In this document: positions 12,849-23,014 of the stretch, piece after piece
How the letters are laid out: every line of letters begins with the position of its first letter
Position numbering within the stretch: the stretch's first letter is position 1
Assembly (NCBI GenBank): GCA_963815115.1
Contig: CAWFFN010000007.1
Span: forward strand, 1,152,001 to 1,216,000
Direction: 5' to 3'
DNA: 64,000 nt
Source: an uncultured delta proteobacterium
Lineage (GTDB): Bacteria > Desulfobacterota > Binatia > DP-6
Notes under the pieces: model-generated
The model's database searches: none
What the model saw: the letters and a program-made list of their open reading frames with translations, nothing else
Told to the model about the DNA's origin: nothing
Position numbers and translations under genes: made by a program

Positions 12849-13211
12849 ATGAACATCGATTTCCCCTTTCATTTTGACGCCCGGGGCTGCACGGCCACCA
12901 CTGATGACGATGACCACATTCGCGACATGATCGAGGAGTTTCTCTTCACGAGCTCCGGCGAACGCGTGAACCGCCCGGACTTTGGCAGCGGCCTCCTGCA
13001 GATGGTGTTCGCCCCCAACAGCCCAGAGCTCGCCGCGACGCTGCAGTTCACCATCCAGGCCGGGCTCCAGCGGTGGCTCGGCGACGTCATCGACGTGCAA
13101 AAGCTGGAGGTGACCAGTGAAGATTCGACCCTGCGCATCATCGTCCAGTACGTCGTCCGGGGTACGAGCGAGCAGCGCACCGAAACGTTCGTGAGCGGCG
13201 GATCGGCATGA
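12849..13211 (+). CDS. GPW/gp25 baseplate wedge protein
   Basis: HIRDMIEEFLFT..GERVNRPDFGSGL. Confidence 0.93.
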   Translation: MNIDFPFHFDARGCTATTDDDDHIRDMIEEFLFTSSGERVNRPDFGSGLLQMVFAPNSPELAATLQFTIQAGLQRWLGDVIDVQKLEVTSEDSTLRIIVQYVVRGTSEQRTETFVSGGSA

Positions 13212-15865
13212 GTGGCCCCTCTCTCGCTTGCCAGGACGAACGGCGACGCAGAAGCGCCCGCGAATCGGGCCGAAGCGGCATTGACTACGTCGAAGTGCAT
13301 GACGTCGCTCAGCTCACGCTCTGCGTCCACCTGTTCGGCCCGATCCCCGAGCGGATCGATGCGGCGAGCGTCCGCATCGAGGGGGGGCGCCGCATCCGCG
13401 ATGTCCGGGTCATCGACGTGGAGCTCGACCACCCGCCCGACACCGACGCCGATCCGTGCGTCCTGGTCAGGGTCAACAAGGCCGGAGACTCGCTCTACAC
13501 CCTCGCGCTCGTCGAGGCGAAGGATGGCCGGCCTACAGACACCCCGTTGACCGGCTTCGATCCGCGGTATGCCCGCGTCCAGTTCAGCTTCAAGGTGGAC
13601 TGCCCGAGTGATCTGGACTGCAGGACCGACCCGGTATGCCCGCCGGCCGTGCGCGACGAACCGGAAATCAACTACCTGGCCAAGGACTACGGCAGCTTCC
13701 GCCAGCTCATCCTCGATCGCCTCGCGCTGGTCATGCCGGGGTGGAGAGAGCGCCATGTGCCGGATATCGGCATCGCGCTGGTCGAGCTTCTCGCGTATGT
13801 CGGCGACCACCTCAGCTACTATCAGGACGCCGTCGCGACCGAGGCATATCTCGACACGGCCCGGCAGCGCATTTCCGTGCGCCGCCATGCGCGGCTGGTG
13901 AACTACCAGCTCCACGAGGGCTGCAACGCCCGCGCCTGGGTGACCGTGTGGACGGATCAGGACGTCATCGACCCGTCGCTGAAGCTGCGGGACATCCACT
14001 TCACCACCGGCGACGGCGATGGCGCGCGCGAGGTGTTCGAGCCGCTGCCCACCACGACCGATACGCCGCTCGAGCTCTACGTCGCGCACGACACGATCTC
14101 CTTCTACACGTGGGGCGACGAGGAGTGCTGCCTGCCGCGCGGTGCGACCGCGGCGACGCTCAAGGACGGCTGGCGAGTCGAGGAACACCCTGCACCGGAG
14201 CAACCTCCTGCAAGCGCGCAGAGCGTCCCGCCGCAGCCAGCCGCCGGGGAGTGCCCGGCGCCCGCTCCGGAGCCACCGCAGCCGCCGCGCAGCCTTCGCC
14301 TGAAGAAGGGTGACGTCCTCATCTTCGAGGAAGTGATCGGTCCGAAGACGGGTGACCCCGCGGATGCCGATCCAACCCGCCGCCATGTCGTGCGCCTGGT
14401 GAAGGTCACGCCGGGCGAGGATCCCCTCTTCAAGCAGGCGATTCCCGGATCCGAGGAAGAGTGGCCAACGCCCATCCTGGAGATCGAGTGGGCCGCCGAG
14501 GATGCGCTGCCATTTCCCTTGTGCATCTCTGCCAGGCTGCCCGCACCAGAATGTACGTTCGTTGAAGACATCAGCGTCGCCCACGGCAACGTCCTGCTGG
14601 TCGATCACGGCCGGACGCTCGAGCCCGAGCCGCTCGGCCAGGTGGGAGTCCGGACGGTCGTCGGGCAGTGCGAGTGCGAAGGCAGCCCGGTCGATTTCGC
14701 GTATCTGCCCGAGCCGTTTCGTCCCGACGCGCTCGAGCAAGTCCCCCTCACCTACCGCCAGAGACTCCCACACGGCTCACCGCCGGCTCGCGATCTGCTC
14801 GATCAGGATCCCCGCAAGGCGCTGCCCCAGATCACGCTCACCGGATTGCCCGGCACCTGTCCCGAGCCCGGAGATACGGGAGAACCGACACCGCGCGAAG
14901 GAATCGATCCCGAAGATCCGGAGTGGAGCTGGATCCCGCAATCCGACCTCCTGGCCAGCCGGAGCCAGGACCAGCACTTCGTCGTGGAGACGGACAACGA
15001 CGGCGCTGCCCATCTCCGCTTCGGCGACGGCGAGCTGGGTCGAATGCCCGACGCCTGCATGATCTTCACGGCACGCTATCGGGTGGGAAACGGACCGGCA
15101 GGCAACGTCCCTGCAGACACCATCACCGAAGCGGCCTTCCGCTCGACGACCGTCAGCGGCCCGACGCTCCGGCCGCGCAATCCACTGCCGGCGCGCGGTG
15201 GCACCGCGCCCGAGCCGACAAGCGAGGCCAAGCTGTTTGCGCCGCGGGCATTCCAGAAGACACTCCGACGGGCGATCACCGCCGACGACTACGCTCGGCT
15301 GGCCGAGCGCAATCCAAGGGTCGAGATACAGCGCGCGGGAGCGTCGCTGCGCTGGACGGGCAGCTGGTACGCCGCGCAGGTCGCGATCGACCCGCTCGGC
15401 AGCGAGACCGCGGCCCGCCAGCAGCTCGACCAAAGCGCCGGCTATCTGCACCGCTACCGGCGTGCCGGTCATGACCTGGAAGTACGGCCTGCGCGCTACG
15501 TCCCGCTGAAGATCGAGTTGGCCGTCTGCGTCCTGCCCCACTATCTGCGCGGGCACGTCGAGGCGGCATTGCTCGAGGTCCTCGGCACGCACGACCTCGC
15601 CGACGGCCGGCGCGGCTTCTTCCATCCCGACAACTTGACGTTCGGCGAGGGCATCTACCTCAGCAAGCTCCTCGCGGCCGCACAGGCCGTGACCGGCGTG
15701 GAGAGCGTCCGGGTGACCACCTTCCAGCGTCTTGGCGAAGGCGACAACGGAGAGATCGACAACGGAATCTTGCCGCTCGGTCCCTTCGAGATCGCACAAT
15801 TGGACAATGACCCCAGCTTCCCGGAACACGGCACGCTGAAGTTGACGATGGGAGGCGGGCGATGA
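13208..15865 (+). CDS. Baseplate J-like protein (Afp11-like) 1
   Basis: INYLAKDYGSFRQLILDRL, YYQDAVATEAYL.TAR, RFGDGELG, RAITADDY. Confidence 0.92.
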   Translation: MSGPSLACQDERRRRSARESGRSGIDYVEVHDVAQLTLCVHLFGPIPERIDAASVRIEGGRRIRDVRVIDVELDHPPDTDADPCVLVRVNKAGDSLYTLALVEAKDGRPTDTPLTGFDPRYARVQFSFKVDCPSDLDCRTDPVCPPAVRDEPEINYLAKDYGSFRQLILDRLALVMPGWRERHVPDIGIALVELLAYVGDHLSYYQDAVATEAYLDTARQRISVRRHARLVNYQLHEGCNARAWVTVWTDQDVIDPSLKLRDIHFTTGDGDGAREVFEPLPTTTDTPLELYVAHDTISFYTWGDEECCLPRGATAATLKDGWRVEEHPAPEQPPASAQSVPPQPAAGECPAPAPEPPQPPRSLRLKKGDVLIFEEVIGPKTGDPADADPTRRHVVRLVKVTPGEDPLFKQAIPGSEEEWPTPILEIEWAAEDALPFPLCISARLPAPECTFVEDISVAHGNVLLVDHGRTLEPEPLGQVGVRTVVGQCECEGSPVDFAYLPEPFRPDALEQVPLTYRQRLPHGSPPARDLLDQDPRKALPQITLTGLPGTCPEPGDTGEPTPREGIDPEDPEWSWIPQSDLLASRSQDQHFVVETDNDGAAHLRFGDGELGRMPDACMIFTARYRVGNGPAGNVPADTITEAAFRSTTVSGPTLRPRNPLPARGGTAPEPTSEAKLFAPRAFQKTLRRAITADDYARLAERNPRVEIQRAGASLRWTGSWYAAQVAIDPLGSETAARQQLDQSAGYLHRYRRAGHDLEVRPARYVPLKIELAVCVLPHYLRGHVEAALLEVLGTHDLADGRRGFFHPDNLTFGEGIYLSKLLAAAQAVTGVESVRVTTFQRLGEGDNGEIDNGILPLGPFEIAQLDNDPSFPEHGTLKLTMGGGR

Positions 15866-18800
15866 GCGTCCCTTGCGGCTGCTGCGCGGGAACGGAGGTG
15901 CTCACGCCGCTGACGACGGCGAACCGGCCGGGCCTGCCGGCTCTGTCGTACCGCGTCGGGACGCACGCCACCTTCCTCGAGACGATGAAGGCGCGCCTGT
16001 CGAGCTTCTACCTGGAGATTCCCGAGGACGCACTGGATGCGTTCGGCCGGCAGAAGCTTTCCCGGATCTATCCCCTGCGCGACCTGAAGACGCGTTCGCC
16101 GGACGATCCCGCCATCGCCTGGCTCGATGCGTGGGCCACGGTCGGCGCCGTGCTGACCTTTTATCAAGAGCGCCTGGCCAACGAAGGCTACTTGCGCACC
16201 GCCACGGAGCGCCGCTCGATTCTCGAGCTGGCGCGGCTGATCGGTTACGTCCTCCGCCCCGGCGTGGCCTCGACCGTGTACCTGGCCTACAGTCTGGACG
16301 AAGACCGGTCCGTCACGCCGCCAAAGCCGACCGCCGTCACCATTCCGGCCGGCGCGCGCGCGCAGAGCGTCCCCGGACCCGGTGAGCTGCCGCAGTCGTT
16401 CGAGACCGCCGATAGCCTGGATGCGCGGTCGCCGTGGAACAATCTCCAGGCGCGACTCACCCAGCCCCAGACCGAGGACTCGATCGAGAATCGAGAGGAC
16501 CTCGACCCGGACATGCTCGGCCCGCGCATCTACTTGAAGGGCATCGGCACCAATCTGAAGCTCAATGATCCCCTGCTCGTACAGTTCGGCACCGACGATC
16601 CCGTGCTATTTCGCGTCCTCGACGTGCAGCCCGATGCCGCCGCGGACCGGACGCTCGTCCGGCTCGAGGAATGGACCGCACAGCCGGCGACAGCCGCGCT
16701 CGCCCAGGCTGTCGGGGAGAGCCTGGGGCGCTACCGGCTGGCCGTGCAGACCCTCAACGTCGGCAACCTCAAGATCGTCAAGAGCATAGCGCCAGCGTTG
16801 CATGCTCTCGAAGCCCACCTCACCACGGCGCAACCGGTCGAAACCCTGATGACGAGCGTCCAGACGCTGACGACCATCGTCAGTTCGCAGCTGCCCGCCG
16901 CCCGGAAGCACGCGCGTCATGCGCAACTCGTGCCGTTGCTCGACGGACTCGCCCTTGAGCTCGGTGGCGCGACACAGCTTCTCGCTACATCCAAATCGGG
17001 CGCGGCCCCCGGCGCTTCCGCAACCTCGAAGGCCGTCATCGACCGCAACGAGTTGCTCGGGCCCCTGCTGAAGCCGGCCTCGGTGCCGCCCGCGAGCTCC
17101 GCGGTCCTCGGCCGCGATCCCAGGGAGGCCTTCGTGGCGAAAGCCGACACCGGGCTTCAGCTGCTCGGCGCATTGCAGCCCCGCCTGAGCGACGCGCTCC
17201 CGGTCGCGCTTGCGAACGCGAAGACGACACCGTCGAGCACGATCAAGGCGTTCGCGTTCCGCGTGAAGTCGGCGCCGTTCGGCAACGGCGCGCCCAAACG
17301 CACGAGGTTCGACCGGAAGAGTGATGAGGTGGCGGTGATTGGCGAGTGGCCCATCCAGGAGTGGACCGTCGTCCCCAATCCAGACGGCGCGACGATTACG
17401 GACGCGCTGCCTCATGAAGAACCCGGCGTTCTGTACCTCGAGGCAAGCTACGACGGCATCATGGCAGGCAGCGTCTCGAATCCCAGCTGGATCGTGATTG
17501 ATGCCGGCGCCTGGACGATGCCGACAGCCGGGTCGTTCCGCGTATCACCGGAGAACCTTCCGAAGCTGGTTACGACGGCCGTTGACGTGAAGGCCGGCGT
17601 GTCCCGAGCCGACTACGGTATTTCTGGCAAGACGACCCGGATCAAGCTGGGGGATCCCTGGCTGCGCATCGACACGACGGAGCCGGACACGTCCGTGCAG
17701 CTTCAGGACCTCTACGACAACGACTTTCGCGTTCTACGTGCGTTGACGATCTACGCCCAGAGCGAGGAGCTCCTACTCGCCGAGGAACCGATCACGGACG
17801 ACGTCTGCGGCGGCAAGAAGGACCCGATCGAGCTCGACGGCTTGTACGACGGGCTGAAGTCCGGCCGCTGGCTCATCGTCTCGGGCGAGCGCACGGACAT
17901 CGAGAACGACGCAGGAGTCACGGTGCCCGGGGTGAAGGCCAGCGAGCTGGTCATGATCGCCAAGGTCACGCAGGACGTGAAGAGCGTGAATGCGGGAGTG
18001 GGCAGCGACACGGGCGAGGACGTGATGGAGGTGCTCCCCGGGGACAGGATTCACAGCTTCGTCTACCTCGCGGAGGACCTCGCCTATTGTTACAAGCGTG
18101 ACACCGTCACGGTCTACGGCAATGTCGCGAAGGCGACCCATGGCGAGACGCGTAGCGAGGTGCTCGGGGGTGGGGATGGCAGCAAGTCGCTGCAACAGTT
18201 CCCCCTGCGCCAACCGCCGCTGACCTTCGTCCCCGCGCCCAATCCGGCGGGGGTGGACAGCACACTACAGGTGCGCGTCAACGATGTGCTCTGGCACGAG
18301 ACGGACAGCCTGGCCGCATTGCTGCCGACCGATCGCAACTTCATCACGCGCACGGACGACGACGGCAAGACGAGGGTGATCTTCGGCACCGGCACGCACG
18401 GGGCGCGCCTGCCCACCGGGCAGGAGAATGTGAAGGCGGTCTATCGCAACGGCATCGGCAAGCCGGGCAACGCCAAGGCCGACCAGATCAGCCTGCTGGC
18501 GACGCGGCCGCTCGGAGTCAAGGCCGTCACGAACCCGATTCGCGCCTCCGGCGGTGCCGACAAGGAGAGCCGCGATCAGGCACGCCAGAACGCCCCCCTG
18601 GCGGTGATGGCGCTGGATCGACTGGTCTCGACACAGGACTACGCCGACTTTGCCCGCACCTTTGCCGGGATCGGGAAGGCCAGCGCCACGCGGCTCTCGG
18701 ACGGTCACCGCCAGCTCGTGCACGTCACGATCGCCGGCGCCGACGACATTCCCATCGAGCCCTCCTCGGACCTGTATCGCAACCTGCTCAAGGCACTGCG

Positions 18801-19281
18801 CGCCTTCGGCGATCCGTACCTGCCAGTCCGGGTCGACGTGCGCGAGCTCCTCGCGCTGGTCATCAGCGCGAACGTCCAGGTCCTTCCCGACTACCAGTTG
18901 GAGACGGTCGAGCCGCTGATCCGCGCAACCCTCCTCGACACGTTCGGCTTTCAACGCCGCGACCTGGGACAGAACGTCTACCTGAGCGAGGTCGTCGCGA
19001 CGATCCAACGGGTCACCGGCGTAGCCTACGTCGACGTGGACGTCCTCAGCAGCATCTCGGAAACCGAACTCTCCACGCCCGCCCTCCTCGCCGAGAAGCT
19101 GCAGGCCCTGACCGCGAGCTCCAAACCGGAGTCCTGCGTGCCCGTCTACCTGGCGGAAACGGCCGCGCAAGCGCAGCAACACAGACCCACGTCTCCCGGG
19201 ACCACGATCTACCCCGCTCAGCTGGCGTTCCTCATTCCCGATGTGCCTGCCACGCTGATCCTCAACGAGGTGCAGGCATGA
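15862..19281 (+). CDS. Baseplate J-like protein 2
   Basis: NRPGLPALSYRVGTH, LTFYQERLANEGYLRTATERRS, YGNVAKATHGET, RLVSTQDYADFAR. Confidence 0.9.
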   Translation: MSVPCGCCAGTEVLTPLTTANRPGLPALSYRVGTHATFLETMKARLSSFYLEIPEDALDAFGRQKLSRIYPLRDLKTRSPDDPAIAWLDAWATVGAVLTFYQERLANEGYLRTATERRSILELARLIGYVLRPGVASTVYLAYSLDEDRSVTPPKPTAVTIPAGARAQSVPGPGELPQSFETADSLDARSPWNNLQARLTQPQTEDSIENREDLDPDMLGPRIYLKGIGTNLKLNDPLLVQFGTDDPVLFRVLDVQPDAAADRTLVRLEEWTAQPATAALAQAVGESLGRYRLAVQTLNVGNLKIVKSIAPALHALEAHLTTAQPVETLMTSVQTLTTIVSSQLPAARKHARHAQLVPLLDGLALELGGATQLLATSKSGAAPGASATSKAVIDRNELLGPLLKPASVPPASSAVLGRDPREAFVAKADTGLQLLGALQPRLSDALPVALANAKTTPSSTIKAFAFRVKSAPFGNGAPKRTRFDRKSDEVAVIGEWPIQEWTVVPNPDGATITDALPHEEPGVLYLEASYDGIMAGSVSNPSWIVIDAGAWTMPTAGSFRVSPENLPKLVTTAVDVKAGVSRADYGISGKTTRIKLGDPWLRIDTTEPDTSVQLQDLYDNDFRVLRALTIYAQSEELLLAEEPITDDVCGGKKDPIELDGLYDGLKSGRWLIVSGERTDIENDAGVTVPGVKASELVMIAKVTQDVKSVNAGVGSDTGEDVMEVLPGDRIHSFVYLAEDLAYCYKRDTVTVYGNVAKATHGETRSEVLGGGDGSKSLQQFPLRQPPLTFVPAPNPAGVDSTLQVRVNDVLWHETDSLAALLPTDRNFITRTDDDGKTRVIFGTGTHGARLPTGQENVKAVYRNGIGKPGNAKADQISLLATRPLGVKAVTNPIRASGGADKESRDQARQNAPLAVMALDRLVSTQDYADFARTFAGIGKASATRLSDGHRQLVHVTIAGADDIPIEPSSDLYRNLLKALRAFGDPYLPVRVDVRELLALVISANVQVLPDYQLETVEPLIRATLLDTFGFQRRDLGQNVYLSEVVATIQRVTGVAYVDVDVLSSISETELSTPALLAEKLQALTASSKPESCVPVYLAETAAQAQQHRPTSPGTTIYPAQLAFLIPDVPATLILNEVQA

Positions 19282-21590
19282 CCCGGCCTGACCGCCTGTA
19301 CGAGTTGCTGCCAGTCGTCTATCGACTGCGCGACGCGCGGCAAGGCTACCCGTTGCGGGGCCTGCTCCAGGTGATCGCCGAACAGGTGGACGTGGTCGAG
19401 CGTGACATCGCGCAGCTGTACGAGAATTGGTTCATCGAGACCTGCGAAGACTGGGTGGTGCCGTACATTGGCGACCTGATCGGCTATCGCCCGGTGCACG
19501 AAGCCGGCGAGCCAGGCGACCCGCGTCTGCCGCAAGGGCGCGCGTTGAACAAGATACTCATCCCGCGCCGCGAGATCGCCGGGACGATCGCCCATCGGAG
19601 TCAAAAGGGTGCGCTGGCGCTGCTGGAGCTGCTCGCCAACGACGTGGCGGGCTGGCCGGCGCGCGCGGTCGAGTTCTACAAGCGGCTCGGCTGGACCCAG
19701 CACCTCGATCATCAACGGCCACACCGCGGAGGAACCATCGACCTGCGGCACACCGGGGCGCTGGACGTCCTCGATGGACCGTTCGACGGGTTCGCGCACA
19801 CGGTGGACGTGCGCCGCGTCGATGCTCACCGGACGGTCGGCCGCTACGACATCCCCAGCATCGGCGTCTTCGTCTGGCGATTGAGATCATACTCGGTCGG
19901 CTGGAGCGACGCAGAGGCAAACGAGTGGAAATCACCGGTCGGTCTCACGGCAGCGAGCTGTGTCGAGGAGGCAGGCCCGCATTGCTACACCTTCAGCGTG
20001 CTCGGCAACGACACGCCGTTGTACAATCGCCCGCAGCCCGAGAGTGACCCGACCCACATCGCAGGCGAGCTGAATCTCCCGACTTCGATCCGCCGCCAGG
20101 CGTTTGCGAAACGCGTGGCCAATGGCGGATCGGACTACACGGAAGCTTCGCCGGCGTACTACGGTCCGGGCAAGAGCGTGGCGGTCTGGGCGCCCGATTG
20201 GCCGAAGAAGGGTGCCGAGCAGCCGGTTCCGGCGACCAGCATCATCCCGGCCAACCTGAGCGGCTGGCACTATCAATCCCCACGTAACCACCTCGCCATC
20301 GATCCGGAGACGGGGCGCATGGTCTTCCCCGGCACGCAATTGCCGAGGCAGGGCGTGCGGGTCGTCTACCACTATGCCTTCAGCGCGGACATCGGCGGTG
20401 GCGACTATGAGCGGACACTGTCGCAGCCGATCGATCACAAGCTGTACCGGGTAGCCCAGGGCAAGGAGGGCTACTTCGACAGCATCAAGGCGGCGCTGGA
20501 CCAATGGGCGCACGACAAGGCGGGACTTGCTCCGCCCGCACCGGCGGCCGGGGATTCGACGCTACTCTCCGCAGTCATCGAGATCGCGGACAGCGCCGTG
20601 TACACCGATGCGCTCAACCTGCGGCTGCAGGTGAACGAGAGCCTCCAGATTCGCGCTGCCAATCGCGTCCGGCCCATCGTCCGCCTGCTGGACTACATGG
20701 CAGACATGCCCGATGCCCTGAGCATCGGTGGCGACAAGGGCAGCCGCCTGACGTTGGACGGATTGCTGATCACGGGCCGTGGCGTTCAGGTGTCGGGGCC
20801 GGAGGTCGATCCCGACGGCGCAGAGCCCGAACGCCCTGGCGATTTGTGCACCGTGACGATCCGCCACTGCACGCTGGTACCGGGCTGGGCCCTGCACTGC
20901 GATTGCGAGCCAAAACGATCCACCGAGCCGAGCCTCACGCTCCTCAGCACCGGCGCGCACGTCGTCATCGAGCACAGCATCGTCGGGGCGATCGAGGTCA
21001 CCGCTGACCACGCGACCACCGACCCGGTGCGCATCGACGTCAGTGACAGCATCTGGGATGCCACCAGCGACGAGCGGGATGCATTGAGCGGGCCCGATTG
21101 CGCCACCGCCTATGCCCGCCTCTGCATCGTGCGCAGCACGGTGCTCGGGCGGATCGCGCCCCATGAAATATCCCTGGCGGAGAACTGCATCTTCAGCGGC
21201 CCGATCCGAGTCGCACGCCGTCAAACGGGCTGCCTGCGCTTCTGCTACGTCCCGCCCGACTCGCGCACTCCGCGCCGCTACGAATGCCAGCCCGACCTCC
21301 TGGACCGGGCGGTCGAGGAACGCTTCCCCGCCGGCTCGGCGCGCGAACGGGCGAGGAGCAACGAGCGACTGCGCGTGGAGCCCGAATTCAACAGCACGCG
21401 CTACGGCACGCCGACGTACTGCCAGCTCGCAGACACCTGCGCCGAGGAGATCAAGCGCGGCGCCGAGGACGAGTCGGAGATGGGCGCGTTTCACGACCTG
21501 TATCAGCCACAGCGGGCCGCCAATCTGCGCGCCCGCCTCGACGAGTACACGCCCGCCGGAATGGACGCGGGCATCATCTACGTAGACTGA
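19278..21590 (+). CDS. Baseplate/tail protein (P2 gpI/Afp12-like)
   Basis: LYELLPVVYRLRD, LYENWFIETCEDWVVPYIGDL; C-terminal GAEDESEMGAFH...LRARLDEYTPAG. Confidence 0.85.
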   Translation: MTRPDRLYELLPVVYRLRDARQGYPLRGLLQVIAEQVDVVERDIAQLYENWFIETCEDWVVPYIGDLIGYRPVHEAGEPGDPRLPQGRALNKILIPRREIAGTIAHRSQKGALALLELLANDVAGWPARAVEFYKRLGWTQHLDHQRPHRGGTIDLRHTGALDVLDGPFDGFAHTVDVRRVDAHRTVGRYDIPSIGVFVWRLRSYSVGWSDAEANEWKSPVGLTAASCVEEAGPHCYTFSVLGNDTPLYNRPQPESDPTHIAGELNLPTSIRRQAFAKRVANGGSDYTEASPAYYGPGKSVAVWAPDWPKKGAEQPVPATSIIPANLSGWHYQSPRNHLAIDPETGRMVFPGTQLPRQGVRVVYHYAFSADIGGGDYERTLSQPIDHKLYRVAQGKEGYFDSIKAALDQWAHDKAGLAPPAPAAGDSTLLSAVIEIADSAVYTDALNLRLQVNESLQIRAANRVRPIVRLLDYMADMPDALSIGGDKGSRLTLDGLLITGRGVQVSGPEVDPDGAEPERPGDLCTVTIRHCTLVPGWALHCDCEPKRSTEPSLTLLSTGAHVVIEHSIVGAIEVTADHATTDPVRIDVSDSIWDATSDERDALSGPDCATAYARLCIVRSTVLGRIAPHEISLAENCIFSGPIRVARRQTGCLRFCYVPPDSRTPRRYECQPDLLDRAVEERFPAGSARERARSNERLRVEPEFNSTRYGTPTYCQLADTCAEEIKRGAEDESEMGAFHDLYQPQRAANLRARLDEYTPAGMDAGIIYVD

Positions 21591-21607
21591 ACGAGTCGGA
21601 GGCGCAC

Positions 21608-23014
21608 ATGAGCAACGGCAGTCGACCGAGCGGCCAGGGAGACTTCAGGGGTGACTTCACCCGCGATACATTCGATGCCGCGAAGCGCTTCAGCCGCGTT
21701 TTCATGCAACAGGGCCGCGTTCAGCTCGATGCCGACTGGAACGAGCAGACGTCCATCGTCTTGCACTACCTGCGCTCATTGGCGGCCGATTTGATCGGCC
21801 AGCACGGCGGCCCTGGGGATAGCTTCAAACTCGACACGGTCGTGGTCACCGATGGGACCCTCACCTTCACCGTGACGCCGGGTCGCTACTACGTCGATGG
21901 CATTCTGTGTGAGGCCGGCGACCCCTTCGTCATCGACGAGGCGAGCGTGACGCAGGGTACCAATCTGGTGTTTCTCGACGTCTGGGAACGGCACGTCACC
22001 AGCAACGAAGACCCCGACATCTCCGAGGTCGCGCTGGGCGGCCCCGACACGACGACGCGCGCACAGGTCGTCTGTCACCTCACGGTGCCGACCCTCACGG
22101 ACGACCAGAAGAATGCACTCAAGGCCGCCGATACGGACGCGAAGCTGCGCGCGTTTGCTGACTCGGTACTGGGTGATCTGGGGTCATTCACAAAGCCCAC
22201 CTTGCGCGCCCGGGCGAAGGTCGCCCAACCAATCGAAGCGTGTCACATCTCACCCGAGGCGCAGTACCGCGGCGCGGAGAACCAACTCTACCGCGTCGAG
22301 ATTCACCATGGCGGCGCGGCATGGGATGGGACCATGGACACGGAGAAGGCCCAACCCGTGTTCACCGACGCGACCGCTACCTTCAAGTGGTCACGCGACA
22401 ACGGCTCCGTCGTCTTTCCGGTGCTCGCCCTGAAAGGCAAATCGGTCACGCTGGCCAACCTCGGACGTGACCATCGCCGCACTCTGACCATAGGTGACTG
22501 GGTCGAGGTCGTGGATGACGATCTCGCGTCGCGGGGCCAGCCCGGGGAGCTACGGCAGATCAAGGACGTCAAGACTGACGAGATGACCGTCACGCTGAAT
22601 GAAGAGGTGGATCAGAGCTACGACGAGGCCAGCACGACACATCCTTTGCTTCGCCGCTGGGATCACTCGACCTCGGACGCCCAGCCCGCGGACGGGGCGC
22701 TGCTGTTCAAGGAAGCCGCGGGCGAGGATGACGGCAACTGGATCACGCTGGAGGACGGCGTGCAGATTCAGTTCGCCACCTCCGACGCTGGGGCTCTCTA
22801 CCACGCCGGCGACTACTGGCTCATTCCGGCCAGGGTGGCGACGGGTGACGTCCTGTGGCCCAAGGTTCAGACCGGTGACAAACAGGTCGCGGATGGGAGG
22901 GCACCGCATGGTGTCGAGCATCATTACGCCCCGCTGGCAATCATCGACGTCGCCGGCAGTACGATCAACGTCATCCTCGATCTCCGTCGTACGTTCCCTC
23001 CGCTCGCCACATGA
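21608..23014 (+). CDS. DUF6519-domain protein (fibre-attachment type) with no extended distal domain
   Basis: GDFTRDTFD...QQGRVQLDADWNEQ, ENQLYRVEIH, FKWSRDNGSV, GDYWLIPAR, HHYAPLA, then stop. Confidence 0.85.
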   Translation: MSNGSRPSGQGDFRGDFTRDTFDAAKRFSRVFMQQGRVQLDADWNEQTSIVLHYLRSLAADLIGQHGGPGDSFKLDTVVVTDGTLTFTVTPGRYYVDGILCEAGDPFVIDEASVTQGTNLVFLDVWERHVTSNEDPDISEVALGGPDTTTRAQVVCHLTVPTLTDDQKNALKAADTDAKLRAFADSVLGDLGSFTKPTLRARAKVAQPIEACHISPEAQYRGAENQLYRVEIHHGGAAWDGTMDTEKAQPVFTDATATFKWSRDNGSVVFPVLALKGKSVTLANLGRDHRRTLTIGDWVEVVDDDLASRGQPGELRQIKDVKTDEMTVTLNEEVDQSYDEASTTHPLLRRWDHSTSDAQPADGALLFKEAAGEDDGNWITLEDGVQIQFATSDAGALYHAGDYWLIPARVATGDVLWPKVQTGDKQVADGRAPHGVEHHYAPLAIIDVAGSTINVILDLRRTFPPLAT